A stretch of 58,794 nucleotides of DNA from Sphaeroforma arctica JP610 (lineage: Eukaryota). The number at the start of each line of letters is the position of its first letter. Positions within the stretch are counted from its first letter, which is position 1. Position numbers and translations under genes: made by a program. This document shows, in pieces, positions 1-12,430 of this stretch. The stretch is from positions 1 to 58,794 of the forward strand of contig NW_014039984.1 in NCBI RefSeq assembly GCF_001186125.1, read 5' to 3'. A model generated the notes under the pieces. That model searched no databases and was not told the DNA's origin. It saw only the letters and a list, made by a program, of their open reading frames with translations.

Positions 1-36
1 GTCTTCTAACTATAGAGTGCATATCCATGCTATCAG

Positions 37-3000
37 TGAATGGGTCTTAGTCAATCGTGGTTGGGTCCCCAATCATCTGAGAGATGCGACGAAACGCTCA
101 GCCGAGGCTCAACCGACAGGAGAGATACAACTCGACGCCATTGTGCGGAAGGGTGACCAGGTGTGAACTCTTGTGGTCTCGTATTGCTGTTGGAGCCCTT
201 GTATGTATTTATTCATTCCAATACATAGCCCGTGTCTATCATGTATACTACGTTTTGTCAATTACTACGTTTTGTTATTTACGTATTACTACGCTTTGTC
301 ATGAATGATTCGTCTACAGTCCATGCGCAATGTTAAGAATATAGGATGTTCACGATGTCTGTTTATACCGCTCATTCCATGACTATAGTCTATGACGTAC
401 GGCTACGTTTTGTCATTTACGTATTATAAGTTTTGTCAAAATGATTCGCTCACAGTTCATTCCATGGCTATAGTCTATGACATATGGCTACGCTTTGCCA
501 TTTACGTATTTCTACATTTCGTCAGAAATGATTGGCCCACAGTCCATGTGGGTTGCATCGTATTGGCTGAGTTGCTCATACTATCATGGTATTGGCCAAT
601 CAGGGCAATGCGTTCGTCAAAAACGATCCGCAACGCAACCAGTGGTTCTACCGAGATGTGTTCGCAATGGCCAAGCACACGGGAGCACAGCCGTACATCT
701 TCGATGCAACGGAGGGTAGGTATAACCATTCACCAGACATTGGTGTTACGGATGATCTCAATCTGTAGGTTGTTCACGTATTAATGTAGTTGACATACAT
801 CTTCGATGCAACGGAGGGTAGGGATAACCATTCACCAGACATTGGTGTTATGGATGATCTCAGTCAGTAGGTTGTTCACGTCTTAATGTAGTTGACATAC
901 ATCTTCGATGCAACGGAGGGTAGGGATAAGTATTGAACAGAAATTGATGTTACGGACGATCTCAGTCTGTTTGTTGTTCACGTGTTAATATAATTGCCAT
1001 ACATCTTCGACGCAACGGAGGGTAGGGATAAGTATTGAACAGAAATTGATGTTACGGTTGATCGCAGTCTGTTGTTCACGTGNNNNNNNNNNNNNNNNNN
1101 NNNNNNNNNNNNNNNNNNNNNNNNNNNNNNNNNNNNNNNNNNNNNNNNNNNNNNNNNNNNNNNNNNNNNNNNNNNNNNNNNNNNNNNNNNNNNNNNNNNN
1201 NNNNNNNNNNNNNNNNNNNNNNNNNNNNNNNNNNNNNNNNNNNNNNNNNNNNNNNNNNNNNNNNNNNNNNNNNNNNNNNNNNNNNNNNNNNNNNNNNNNN
1301 NNNNNNNNNNNNNNNNNNNNNNNNNNNNNNNNNNNNNNNNNNNNNNNNNNNNNNNNNNNNNNNNNNNNNNNNNNNNNNNNNNNNNNNNNNNNNNNNNNNN
1401 NNNNNNNNNNNNNNNNNNNNNNNNNNNNNNNNNNNNNNNNNNNNNNNNNNNNNNNNNNNNNNNNNNNNNNNNNNNNNNNNNNNNNNNNNNNNNNNNNNNN
1501 NNNNNNNNNNNNNNNNNNNNNNNNNNNNNNNNNNNNNNNNNNNNNNNNNNNNNNNNNNNNNNNNNNNNNNNNNNNNNNNNNNNNNNNNNNNNNNNNNNNN
1601 NNNNNNNNNNNNNNNNNNNNNNNNNNNNNNNNNNNNNNNNNNNNNNNNNNNNNNNNNNNNNNNNNNNNNNNNNNNNNNNNNNNNNNNNNNNNNNNNNNNN
1701 NNNNNNNNNNNNNNNNNNNNNNNNNNNNNNNNNNNNNNNNNNNNNNNNNNNNNNNNNNNNNNNNNNNNNNNNNNNNNNNNNNNNNNNNNNCTGTTTACGT
1801 TTAAACTTAAGGTTGATCTTAGTTGTTTTGTATTTTATTGCTTACTTCCAGTTGTGTGGCTTGCATCGGTTCTCACCGGAGAAGACTATACACATTGTTT
1901 ACATCTCGAACGTCTATTTATGGAAATTGTACCGTATACCAAACCTTAGCAATCGTCACCTACATGCATACACGTGCGGGTTTTGAATCTCGGCTTTCCT
2001 CCAATGTGACACCCAAAATCGGCGTTAAATGTATTTTTTATTTACAATTTGGATTGCGTTTTCAGTTGAAAACATCCCTTTTGATATACAATTTCAACTA
2101 CTTTACAGTTCAAATTGCACCCTTTAATAATCACTTTGGACTTCACTGTCAGTTTAAAGTGCACCTTTTAATATACACATTGGACTGCACGTTCAGTTCA
2201 GAATGCACCTATTAATATCCTTTTTGGACTACGCTGTCAGTTTTAAATACACCTAATGAGATACAATTTGGACTTTACTTTCAGGAATGACGCCCGAGGG
2301 TGGGTACCCCTTAGGCGGACAAACTAGAGTGGACATCCGCAACGAGCACATGCAGTACATCGTCACGTGGTAAGAAATTAGGATTTGCTTTTTCTTGGGA
2401 AGGGGTAGGGAGTGGGGGGGGGTTCGTCTGTATATTTGAATGAGATTCTGGATTTGGTCTCGACCCGATTATTATATTGCGCACGAGGTAGTATTACGAT
2501 AAGTTATTTATATACATATGTTTATTTATACTACACAAGCTATGCACGCATTTGTATTCGCCATTCATATCTATGTAAGTGTATTATGTAAGTGTATGTA
2601 TTATTTATTTGCCAGGGATATCTAAGTGTATATATTATCCATACTATCCATATATTCTTCATTAACCGTATTTAGTGATGTCGTCGTCCAATGTCGCGTT
2701 CGTAACCTGTGCGCATCCTGGTGGCATACGTTAGTATTGGGTCCAAGTCTGTCTGTTCTGACATCCGATAAGTGAACCAAACCCCACCGCATGACATGTA
2801 TCTTTTCCTCACATAGACACCACTTTGTCACCTACTTCTATATTAACCGAGATCGATAATTCTGGACAATCCATCTAGAAAATATATCTATGAATAAAGC
2901 CTTTTCACACCGAATGCCAGAGGTATGTCTCACACATATACCTCTACTTCTATATCAACCGAGACAGCTAATTCTAGTCAATTTCATGTACAAACTGAAT

Positions 3001-3110
3001 CTATGAACATACGCAACAGGTTTTCTTTGTCAGCGTTGACCTGCGGATACTGCTACTACATGTTCTTCAAGAAAAAGCCGCCAACCTGGACACCCCCCGT
3101 TCGTAAATAA
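37..3110 (+). CDS. SURF1: SURF1/SHY1 cytochrome c oxidase assembly factor, 3' part (5' exons lie upstream of the window)
   Basis: Exons 37-160, 604-715, 2285-2369 and 3020-3110, all GT-AG with compatible phases. They translate to [16 protein letters not shown]...[94 protein letters not shown]...*. LVNRGWVP and GGQTRVxxRNEHxQYIVTW are hallmark SURF1 motifs. Confidence 0.93.
373..547. repeat. ~85-bp degenerate tandem duplication in a SURF1 intron
   Basis: cattccatgactatagtctatgacgtacggctacg at 373 recurs as cattccatggctatagtctatgacatatggctacg at 458; a weaker copy lies near 213. Confidence 0.75.
694..1082. repeat. 102-bp tandem repeat (about 4 copies, running into the gap) containing the SURF1 exon end and donor site
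   Basis: Units starting tacatcttcgatgcaacggagggtagg occur at 694, 796, 898 and 1000. Confidence 0.92.
2040..2284. repeat. ~43-bp degenerate tandem repeat ending at the SURF1 intron acceptor
   Basis: Recurring ttggact...tcagtt...gcacc...taat units; the last unit (ttggactttactttcag) is the functional 3' splice site. Confidence 0.7.
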
Positions 3111-3243
3111 ATAAACGTAAAAACGTAAGAATCTATCTAGCAAAGAAAGAACAGTTAGATCTAGCCCATTTGACGTCAATACTATTGGAGAGAAGCTGTA
3201 TCACAGATGTAACGGTAAAATCTATCTTACAAGGGATTAAACG

Positions 3244-3298
<55 letters not shown>

Positions 3299-4260
3299 NN
3301 NNNNNNNNNNNNNNNNNNNNNNNNNNNNNNNNNNNNNNNNNNNNNNNNNNNNNNNNNNNNNNNNNNNNNNNNNNNNNNNNNNNNNNNNNNNNNNNNNNNN
3401 NNNNNNNNNNNNNNNNNNNNNNNNNNNNNNNNNNNNNNNNNNNNNNNNNNNNNNNNNNNNNNNNNNNNNNNNNNNNNNNNNNNNNNNNNNNNNNNNNNNN
3501 NNNNNNNNNNNNNNNNNNNNNNNNNNNNNNNNNNNNNNNNNNNNNNNNNNNNNNNNNNNNNNNNNNNNNNNNNNNNNNNNNNNNNNNNNNNNNNNNNNNN
3601 NNNNNNNNNNNNNNNNNNNNNNNNNNNNNNNNNNNNNNNNNNNNNNNNNNNNNNNNNNNNNNNNNNNNNNNNNNNNNNNNNNNNNNNNNNNNNNNNNNNN
3701 NNNNNNNNNNNNNNNNNNNNNNNNNNNNNNNNNNNNNNNNNNNNNNNNNNNNNNNNNNNNNNNNNNNNNNNNNNNNNNNNNNNNNNNNNNNNNNNNNNNN
3801 NNNNNNNNNNNNNNNNNNNNNNNNNNNNNNNNNNNNNNNNNNNNNNNNNNNNNNNNNNNNNNNNNNNNNNNNNNNNNNNNNNNNNNNNNNNNNNNNNNNN
3901 NNNNNNNNNNNNNNNNNNNNNNNNNNNNNNNNNNNNNNNNNNNNNNNNNNNNNNNNNNNNNNNNNNNNNNNNNNNNNNNNNNNNNNNNNNNNNNNNNNNN
4001 NNNNNNNNNNNNNNNNNNNNNNNNNNNNNNNNNNNNNNNNNNNNNNNNNNNNNNNNNNNNNNNNNNNNNNNNNNNNNNNNNNNNNNNNNNNNNNNNNNNN
4101 NNNNNNNNNNNNNNNNNNNNNNNNNNNNNNNNNNNNNNNNNNNNNNNNNNNNNNNNNNNNNNNNNNNNNNNNNNTATATATATATATATATCTATATATA
4201 TATTATATCCAGTTTGTATATTATGTATTTATGTATATATGTATGTATGTTTGTATGTTC

Positions 4261-4297
<37 letters not shown>

Positions 4298-4780
4298 CAT
4301 TATTATTATTGTTTGTATCAATATAGAGGGTAGTTTCGATATGTATTTATTTATATAGTTATATACATAATATTTGTATATACCAATACGCTAATATTCC
4401 TGCGTTTGAGTCGGGCTAAATTTGCAGCTGCCACCAGGACCACATCTGGCGAGAATGCGTAAATACCGCAAATGATATGTTCGGCTTCCATTGACACTCA
4501 CATGTTGGATAATATTAAACACACAAGGCTTTGGTCGTTCTTGGTCGCGATACTTGCTTGCCGCCGTCTAGCTGGTTGAAGACACAGATAGCTATAACCT
4601 TCCTTCTGTAGGTAAATTCCAATCAATGCCATGTGTGGCTTTATTGGAAACTCGAGGCCGTATGAATGTCCAATCTGTCCTATGGATGGCCCAGTCGTGG
4701 CAATCGAGGACAGGTGCAGAGCTAATCAATAGCAGTCCTACTTTGCAAATGGACAACTGCATACAATCGAATATACGAGA

Positions 4781-5300
4781 ATGTGTACTTGTTCAGTCTA
4801 TATCTATACTGGTGCTATAAATTGAGACATACATAGCTGTGATAGTTATCATGCTCAGCTTCAATAAACGACATCTGTGTTTAGTTAAAAGCATGAGGAT
4901 GTGTACTTGTTCTGTTTGTAACTATGTTAGTAATATGATATTAAGACACATAGTACTATGTTAAGACACATATAGTACTATATTAAGACATCTTAAACAG
5001 CATGCCCAGCTCCAATAAACGACACGTGTGCTTAACTGAATGCATATGATGTGTACTTGTTCTGTATGCATCTATGTTGATAATACTATATTAAGTCATA
5101 TTTGGTATTATATTAAGACATTATAGCCATGAAAATTAGCATGCCCAACTCCAATAAACGACGCGTGTGCTTTATCAGACGCATATGTGCGTTTTGGGTC
5201 TGTATACATACTGATAACACTAAAATTAGACAAGATGCTCAGTTTCAGTAAAACGACACGTGTAGCTTTATTACATATACGAGGCTGTATCCTAGTTCGG
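4781..5300. repeat. Degenerate ~120-150-bp tandem repeat (4-5 copies) between the convergent SURF1 and TIM9 genes
   Basis: Recurring atgtgtacttgttc...gcatgcccagctccaataaacgacacgtgtg blocks. Confidence 0.75.
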
Positions 5301-5470
5301 TCTGTACCTGTGCTTGCTCTCGCCGTTCAACCCCGCATGCTAATTTTATGCTGCGCTAAGCCATGTATGCCTTTCCGTTGGATCTCATGCAGATGTACTA
5401 TGTTGTACATGAGGTAGATATACAAACACAGGTGCACATACACGTATGCATCCACTTAGACATAATACTC

Positions 5471-7590
5471 TTATTGTTGGTTAATCATGTGTTGCTCCGC
5501 GAAGCGTTGTGACATCCGTTGAGACATTTTGATGAACTTCTCGACGCACAAAGTGGTGCAGGCGCTCTGTGCATGGAAGAAAAAAATAAACAAATTAAGA
5601 ATATTTGAGTCCCAACAATATCGATAGTAACGGACCCCCTCCCAAAAATAGATCCAATTCTTGTAAACAACAGTACTGACAGTAAATACAAAAAAATGTA
5701 CAGTGCTACGTAGACAATGCCCGTCGATACTTTGATGCATACAAGCCATGACTAAAATCACGACGATATCTCGTATTATTATATACAAGCCATAAATATA
5801 TATAAATACATATAAGTATAATACAACTGTAAATCAATATATACACAGACACTGACACTAACATATATGTGTACATGTTATATGGAGTGTCCTTTAACCC
5901 TTCTCCAGTTAGAACATGCTACTCACATGGTATAAAAATTGGAACAGAAAACAAAAGGCACAATATGGGAAAGCAGAATCAGTTTGGTTCACACAATCAT
6001 TGCCAATGGTATCGCCGAATAAGGCTTAAAACGACCCGAAATGACTATGATCTGGAACAAGATTATAGTCTCGTATATACGCGTTTGTACATAGACGGAG
6101 AATTATCTTCATGAACGTCTCGCCTAAACTGCTCCAGGCAATTTTGACTCAGTCCAGTCAGCTTCCATTCGTATCCTCAGAGAAATGAGTATACATCTAC
6201 CTATGCACATACACACACAACAAACAACCCTTTACAACAAGGTACAGGTTGCGATTCTACCATAAACATATGCAACACAAGCTTTTATAGCACACCACCA
6301 ATAACAAACTTATAAAGAACCCAACAGACTATAACAAAAAAGTATAAACAGGTACATTCAGCGATGCTTGCTGCGTTCTATTTGTGAACACACACGAAGA
6401 GTCTACGCTTGCGGTTGCAGTTGTGGTTAGAAACACAGCCCTTACCTCCTTGTCGGTGATAGTGCGCGTGGAGAAATCATTGACACAGTCAGAGAAACAG
6501 CGGATAGACAGTTTACTGTAGAGCTGCAGGAAGTCTTGCATCTGCAGCAAAGGCGAACGGAATGAGGGGTCAGATAAGAACACAGGTATTACGCTGGACT
6601 TATGTTGAAGGGTTTAGTGTAGGTATGTAGTGTAGGTCAAACGAAATGAGGGGTCAGACGAGAAGACGAAGATTGAGTTGGACATATGTTGAAGGGTTTA
6701 GTGTAGGTATGTAGTGTAGGTCAAACGAGAACACATGAATTACGTTGGACTTATGGTCAACGGTTTAGTGTAGGTATGTAGAGAAGGTACCAAAAAACGA
6801 ACATAAAATTACATTTGAGATATGCTCAATAAGAATTCATAGATCGACTCACTGGTTTAAATTGATGCAAAAATGGATAAAGAAATAGTATATGCCGAAT
6901 TTTATAAAGATAAACATATACAACTAAGTATGAGCCTGGATGGCCACCGGAAAACTAGATATAATATACTTGACACCTGAATATAATTTGTAGCTATACA
7001 TGATTATATCTAACTTTGCGTATAACAACAAAACGATCCTATATATNNNNNNNNNNNNNNNNNNNNTGTGTGTGTTATATATATACATATATGCTTATAG
7101 AAATAAAACAAACAAACCATCACTAAATCTGTACTAATAACATAACCACACAAGTTTGAAAAAACTATCAGTATATTTATATCTGTCTACCTCGTTATTG
7201 CACAGAGCTATAGGAATACACACGCATGTATACGCTACAAGGTAAGCAATCAAAAATATGTAAAACAGATATATTTTCATATATACTTTATTTGATATAT
7301 AAATATAAATATATACATATTCAAGCTCCTATTCACAATCAAATCACAGAAATTCACCTACTTGTATATATGTATATATATTATGTATGCATGAAAGCAT
7401 ATGACAAGTATGATTATAGACACGCACAAGCCCGTCAACAAAACAAGACAAAATGTGAACATGCATATATGTGTGTATAGATATGGAAACATTTATATAT
7501 ATTCACCTATATCTCCGTGGCCATACATAAATGAATACGTCTGTATATATGCACATCATATTATATTATAATTAATATTAATATATATAC

Positions 7591-7621
<31 letters not shown>

Positions 7622-7818
7622 CGTGTGTGTGAGTGAAAATATGAATATATATATATATGTATATTCATGCGTATGTAGGCATAAATACATATATGTACAT
7701 TTACAACTATACATAAATATAGTATATATAAATATTTGCATTTACACTATACAAATAAATATACATATGATATTTATATATATATACAATATATATATGC
7801 ATAAAAGCAAAACAGTCG

Positions 7819-7851
<33 letters not shown>

Positions 7852-7920
7852 ATGTGTGTGTACACATACGTAGATATATGTGTATATATGTGTATACATA
7901 TATACATGTATATGTATTTA

Positions 7921-7962
<42 letters not shown>

Positions 7963-8006
7963 TATATGTATACATATATATATATATATAAATATATGTC
8001 TATATA

Positions 8007-8057
<51 letters not shown>

Positions 8058-8120
8058 AAATATAATACATATAAATATAAATATATATATATATACTTAT
8101 ATATATATATATATGTGTGT

Positions 8121-8162
<42 letters not shown>

Positions 8163-8312
8163 TTTGTATGAAATATATGGTCATAATGAAACAAAATCAA
8201 TGTGGAACGTGCAGACGTATTCAGTTTACACTTGTGTGGTACGCACCTGCTTTTTCTCCATCACCTTCTCGATGTAGACTCGGTCTTCATTATTTAAAGC
8301 GGAGAAATCCAT
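5471..8312 (-). CDS. TIM9: Mitochondrial small Tim chaperone Tim9 (85 aa)
   Basis: Exons 8312-8247, 6541-6446 and 5566-5471 (all phase 0, GT-AG) give [85 protein letters not shown]. It has the twin CX3C motif (CFSDC, CTTLC) and the Tim9-typical QMxDFxxLY..CFxDCVNDF. Confidence 0.93.
6557..6785. repeat. ~84-bp tandem repeat (about 3 copies) abutting the TIM9 intron 1 acceptor
   Basis: aatgaggggtcaga at 6561 and 6645; ggtttagtgtaggtatgtag occurs three times. Confidence 0.85.
7580..8160. repeat. Compound (TA)n/(TG)n microsatellite tract in TIM9 intron 1
   Basis: Long alternating TA runs. Similar tracts lie at 3244-3298, 4175-4292, 20183-20356 and 58724-58762. Confidence 0.95.
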
Positions 8313-8980
8313 GGTCGTAGATGTATAGGGATGAAGTAAATATGATTGGAATTACACTGAAATGTACGTGATTACCAGTACTTGACTTTATACAATTAGA
8401 CAATATATTGTATCCTTCAGAACCATCTACAGATTCCTGGGGTTGATGACTCTTGTTGGTGTGGTTAACAATGGGAGGTGATTTTCGAAATCGAAAGTCA
8501 CGAACTTCTCGCACACCCAAATGGACCAAATCCTTACGACCACATGATGTGTGCGATATTTCGATGACCTTTTTGTTTTGAAATTCATAATCGGGAAAAC
8601 AACCCCAAAACACATTTTTTTGTTTATATTTACCTTAATTCTAGGTATTTTTCTGCAAACCTGTGTCAGGTTTGGGAGCTTTTTTTGAGAATCTGTTCTC
8701 CACATGTTTCTGTCTCATTTTGAAGTCAATTTTGCGACACTTACCTTTTTGGATTTGTCCACGTATTATTTTCCCCAAGAAATAGGCTGCTTGAGTGACG
8801 GTGAGTCTGTGGGAGTCTGAGAGTGCTCAAATTTAAAAAATTAATTAAAAAATAGGCAATCGGCATTTTTCACAGTCGTCTTCTGGATAGAGTTTCTGCT
8901 AAATTTATGATTTCGTTGTCGGAAGAAACCTGATTTCTACTCGCGAAATTCCAGAGTGGCAGAGGGCCGTGCATTTTTTA

Positions 8981-9108
8981 TAACTCAAGTTCAATACGCT
9001 CTCAAAAGTATAATAACTTATGTTCAATACGCTCTCAAAAGTATAATAACTTATGTTCAATACGCTCTCAAAAGTATAATAACTTATGTTCAATACGCTC
9101 TCAAAAGT
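8981..9108. repeat. 33-bp minisatellite, about 4 copies
   Basis: Unit taacttatgttcaatacgctctcaaaagtataa repeated head-to-tail without spacers. Confidence 0.95.
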
Positions 9109-9774
9109 TAGGTGGCGTAGTTTTCTGACCAACCAAACTTTCCCTTTAGAAAATACATAAGATACCCCCATCAACATTGAAAATAATAATTATCTGTATG
9201 GATACTAAATTTCAATAATTACTTTCTGATTGAATTAAAAACATGAAAATTGATTTATTTCGGAAAAGTACCTCTATTGACTGAAATATGCAAAATTCAT
9301 CTATGCAACCAATTGAAAATAGAGTTATGATACAATATGCGTGACATACAGTCAATCATAAGGTAGGAATATCCTCGAGAATGCATATTCATTGCCTACA
9401 GCACAAGAGACCTAAGAACATGTCAAAGTTCAAACGGATGAAAGGAAGAGCTCTAAAAATATATTTATTTGAAATCGATATTTTACTAGTAAATAGTTAA
9501 TCTTTTTGGAGGCTATGTTTTGCAACACGCTAAAAACCCTTGTCCTTATTCTAAAAATAGACCTAAACCCTCCGAAATTAAAAAAAAGGGTTTTCCATAC
9601 AGTTTTAAACTTTTATATTTGTTTGGTTTTATTTGGTTTTTAATTTCTTAAAACAAATTGAAAAAACTATCAAGCATAAAAATATAACAACAAATGGCCT
9701 GGAAGTTGGAACTTGTAAGCTGGACACTCGCTGGTCGCTGACGGACCGCACCGGTAATATTTTATAAAAAATGT

Positions 9775-10766
9775 CATACCTCTTTATATGTCCAAATTCT
9801 ATTTTGACCAACCCCCTATATATGAGTCAGGTCTTTTTAGGCCGGTCCTGCAGCCTGCTCTTGGAGATTTTCATGTGTGAATATTTCACCTTTCACCCCA
9901 GCTTGGCGGTAGCTTTATCTATAATACATACACTAGAGTAGTACTACAATAGATCCTGATGGGAGACACTTCTAGTGGTGAGCGCTGTTGTGCGAAAGGA
10001 TGCACTACAACGCACCCAGTGGATGGTGTACACAAATGTTGCAGGTATGCATGCCTTTTGTGGCGTGCATCTTGGTGAGGGGTATAGTTCAAATTCAATC
10101 GGTTACTGCCTGTCTACAGATAAATACCAGCCACCGAATGACATGTGGGAGTCTGGTTTCACTAATAACAGATAGACAGAGCCAGACGAATTGACACAAA
10201 ACGCACCTACAACGAGTGAACCAGGCGGATCGAAACCACAGGGTTTTAGGGTTTTTGATAAGCACATATAAACAGACTGTATTATCAAAGGTGAGCTCCA
10301 ATACAACAAAAAGAATCAATCTAACAAACAAAGATAAAGGTGTCATCGTGCGTACAATCTAGAAAGCGGAATACAGCTTAGACCTATCATGGAAGACAAT
10401 TATCGTAGGGGATAAGAAGGTTCATGGAGTTCGGAGAGAAGATACTCCGTCAGTCTTATGAGGTACATGCAAAAAGGAAATATCGAGAAATGAGATAAAC
10501 ACATCACGAGCTTGAGAAGCGTTTGATTGAGTTGGTCAGTAAGGTTAGAGAAGCTGGTTTTAGTGTAAGTCAGGGCTTGATCGTCACGAAAGGGAAGGAG
10601 TATTTAATGAGAGTGCCTAGAATTCCTCCTGGCGTGACCCATACTCCCCGCACAGGTTGGACCCCGAACCTGATGGTATAAAACTGACCCAGACTTGTCT
10701 TACCTCTTTATATGTCCAAATATTTGCCAATCCCGGGAACTGGAAATATAAAGAGGTATGTCTGTA
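9775..10766. mobile_element. Possible non-autonomous Tc1/mariner-pogo-like DNA element (left end uncertain)
   Basis: The motif tacctctttatatgtccaaa occurs at 9777-9796 and 10701-10720, and inverted at 10741-10760. The right end reads ...gtatgtCTG|TA, i.e. a CAG-starting terminal repeat next to TA, as in pogo-type ends. No recognisable transposase. Confidence 0.4.
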
Positions 10767-12430
10767 TACATGTTTTTTTTTAAACATATCATATATTTCA
10801 TAGCCTTCTAAATTGTTTAATTTAGAAGGACACTGTGTATATTTTCAGACAATATTTTCTTCGAAAACAAATAGAAAGCTGAAAAGGTTTTATTATTATA
10901 AATAACGGAACTGTTTTGTTTGGGTTACAGCCTAAAGTATATTTAGGCTACAGGTGATATTTAAAAATTTAGTGAGTTACCCAATAAGGTACAGGATGAG
11001 ATCGCGAATTTTGCGCAAGTGGGAATCGGCCAATTTTATTGCCAGTATGTACCACGCACTCCTTTTTTATTGCACTATTTTTTTTTGGAGGCGGGTTAGG
11101 GCGTGTTTGATGATGTCATTGATATGATGATCCTGTGGATCATTGCCCACGCGGCCACGCCCAACGGCCCAACGTCCCAGTCACAGTGTCCCCACTTTCC
11201 AGTCATTACTCACCAGTCACCGCCGCCGCCCAGTGCCCACATGTCTACTGCCCAGTGCCCAACTGTCTTGGGGCACTTGCACTTGCACCAAACTTCCAGA
11301 GAGTCATGATCATCAGGATCAGTCTGTCAGTCGCCAGAGATCTGGTTTAAAATTGGGTTCGTGCTCTTTTTGAAAAATATTGAAAAAAAATAGGTGTTCC
11401 ATGCAACTAAAAGCAGGACACAAGACAAAGGTGCGGCCTTAAATTTTTTTTTTAAATGCTCCCTATTTTGAATCATTCTGACGTCGAAATCGGAGACTCT
11501 GTACAAAACGAAATCCCGATTCTACATCCTAACCCCATGAGCCAGGGTAGGCAAACCCCGTGCTCTAGTTTTATTTAGGAGATTTGTTTTGGGAAAGGGG
11601 TTTGACTCTTGACCAGAAATGCGATTCTACGGCCCATATTTGAGGGGCATTATCCAAAGAGGATATTTCGCCCCACATTTAAGGGCTGGGACTTGAGGGC
11701 CTGGGGCTGGATGGCTCAATTCCAAATGCTATCGTTGCATAGCATTCTCTTTTTCTTTTCTTTTTTTTCTTTTAAAATAATTGCATATCCGATGAAAATC
11801 ATAAAATGATGTCAGTGGAATGCTGCAGTCATCAGCATGTATTTTTTTATACGGCAGCCGAGCGCCCGGGCAGAGTAGGGGTTGCAGTGATTGTGTAAAT
11901 GTGACTTCTGACACGACTGTCAAAAAATGGCTCTTGGCCAATAACAGCGCCTTTTTTGTTTTGACTTTTCTAATTTTCTATATCCACTTCTATCTGCCTG
12001 ATTTAGAAGGCTTTCACTTTTTTATTTTCTGCGGTGTGATTGTGACTGTGTAGAGGGTTTAAACTTTAAAGCGTGACGGTGAAAGTGACGCTTCCGTGGT
12101 TCCGAGGTTCCGCCCCTACTCAGCAATCAGACCATTAGTTGAAATCGCCTAAATACACAGACAACAATAACAAGCGAAGAGGGAAGTGTCAACACTCAAC
12201 AGTGTTCCCCCCGCGCCTGGTTTATTATTCTACTCTCTCTTCTGGGGATACCCGAGATAAAATATTTCATAGCAGTCAAAAGACTCAAAACTCAAAACTC
12301 AATACTCGAATAAATACTTGCGGAGAAGGGTTGGGCTGGGCTAAATAGCTTCAGTCGTACTGCCCACCACAGTAATACACACCAGGAGGAGCGTGTTTGT
12401 TTGACTGCTACGGCTATACTTGCTACGAAT

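Noticed and set aside
1046..4333. Long ORFs at 1046-1986 and 3170-4333 (also 55915-56676)
   Set aside because: They are open only because they cross N gaps.
4389..4780. Moderately GC-rich stretch between SURF1 and TIM9
   Set aside because: I found no recognisable protein motif or consistent splice structure; possibly UTR.
7556..8320. YIYIYI-type ORFs here and at 45365-45753 and 49241-49682
   Set aside because: These are translations of TA and TACATA microsatellites inside introns.
8981..9108. 33-bp repeats of CRISPR-like length
   Set aside because: The units are contiguous with no unique spacers, there are no cas genes, and the context is eukaryotic. This is a minisatellite.
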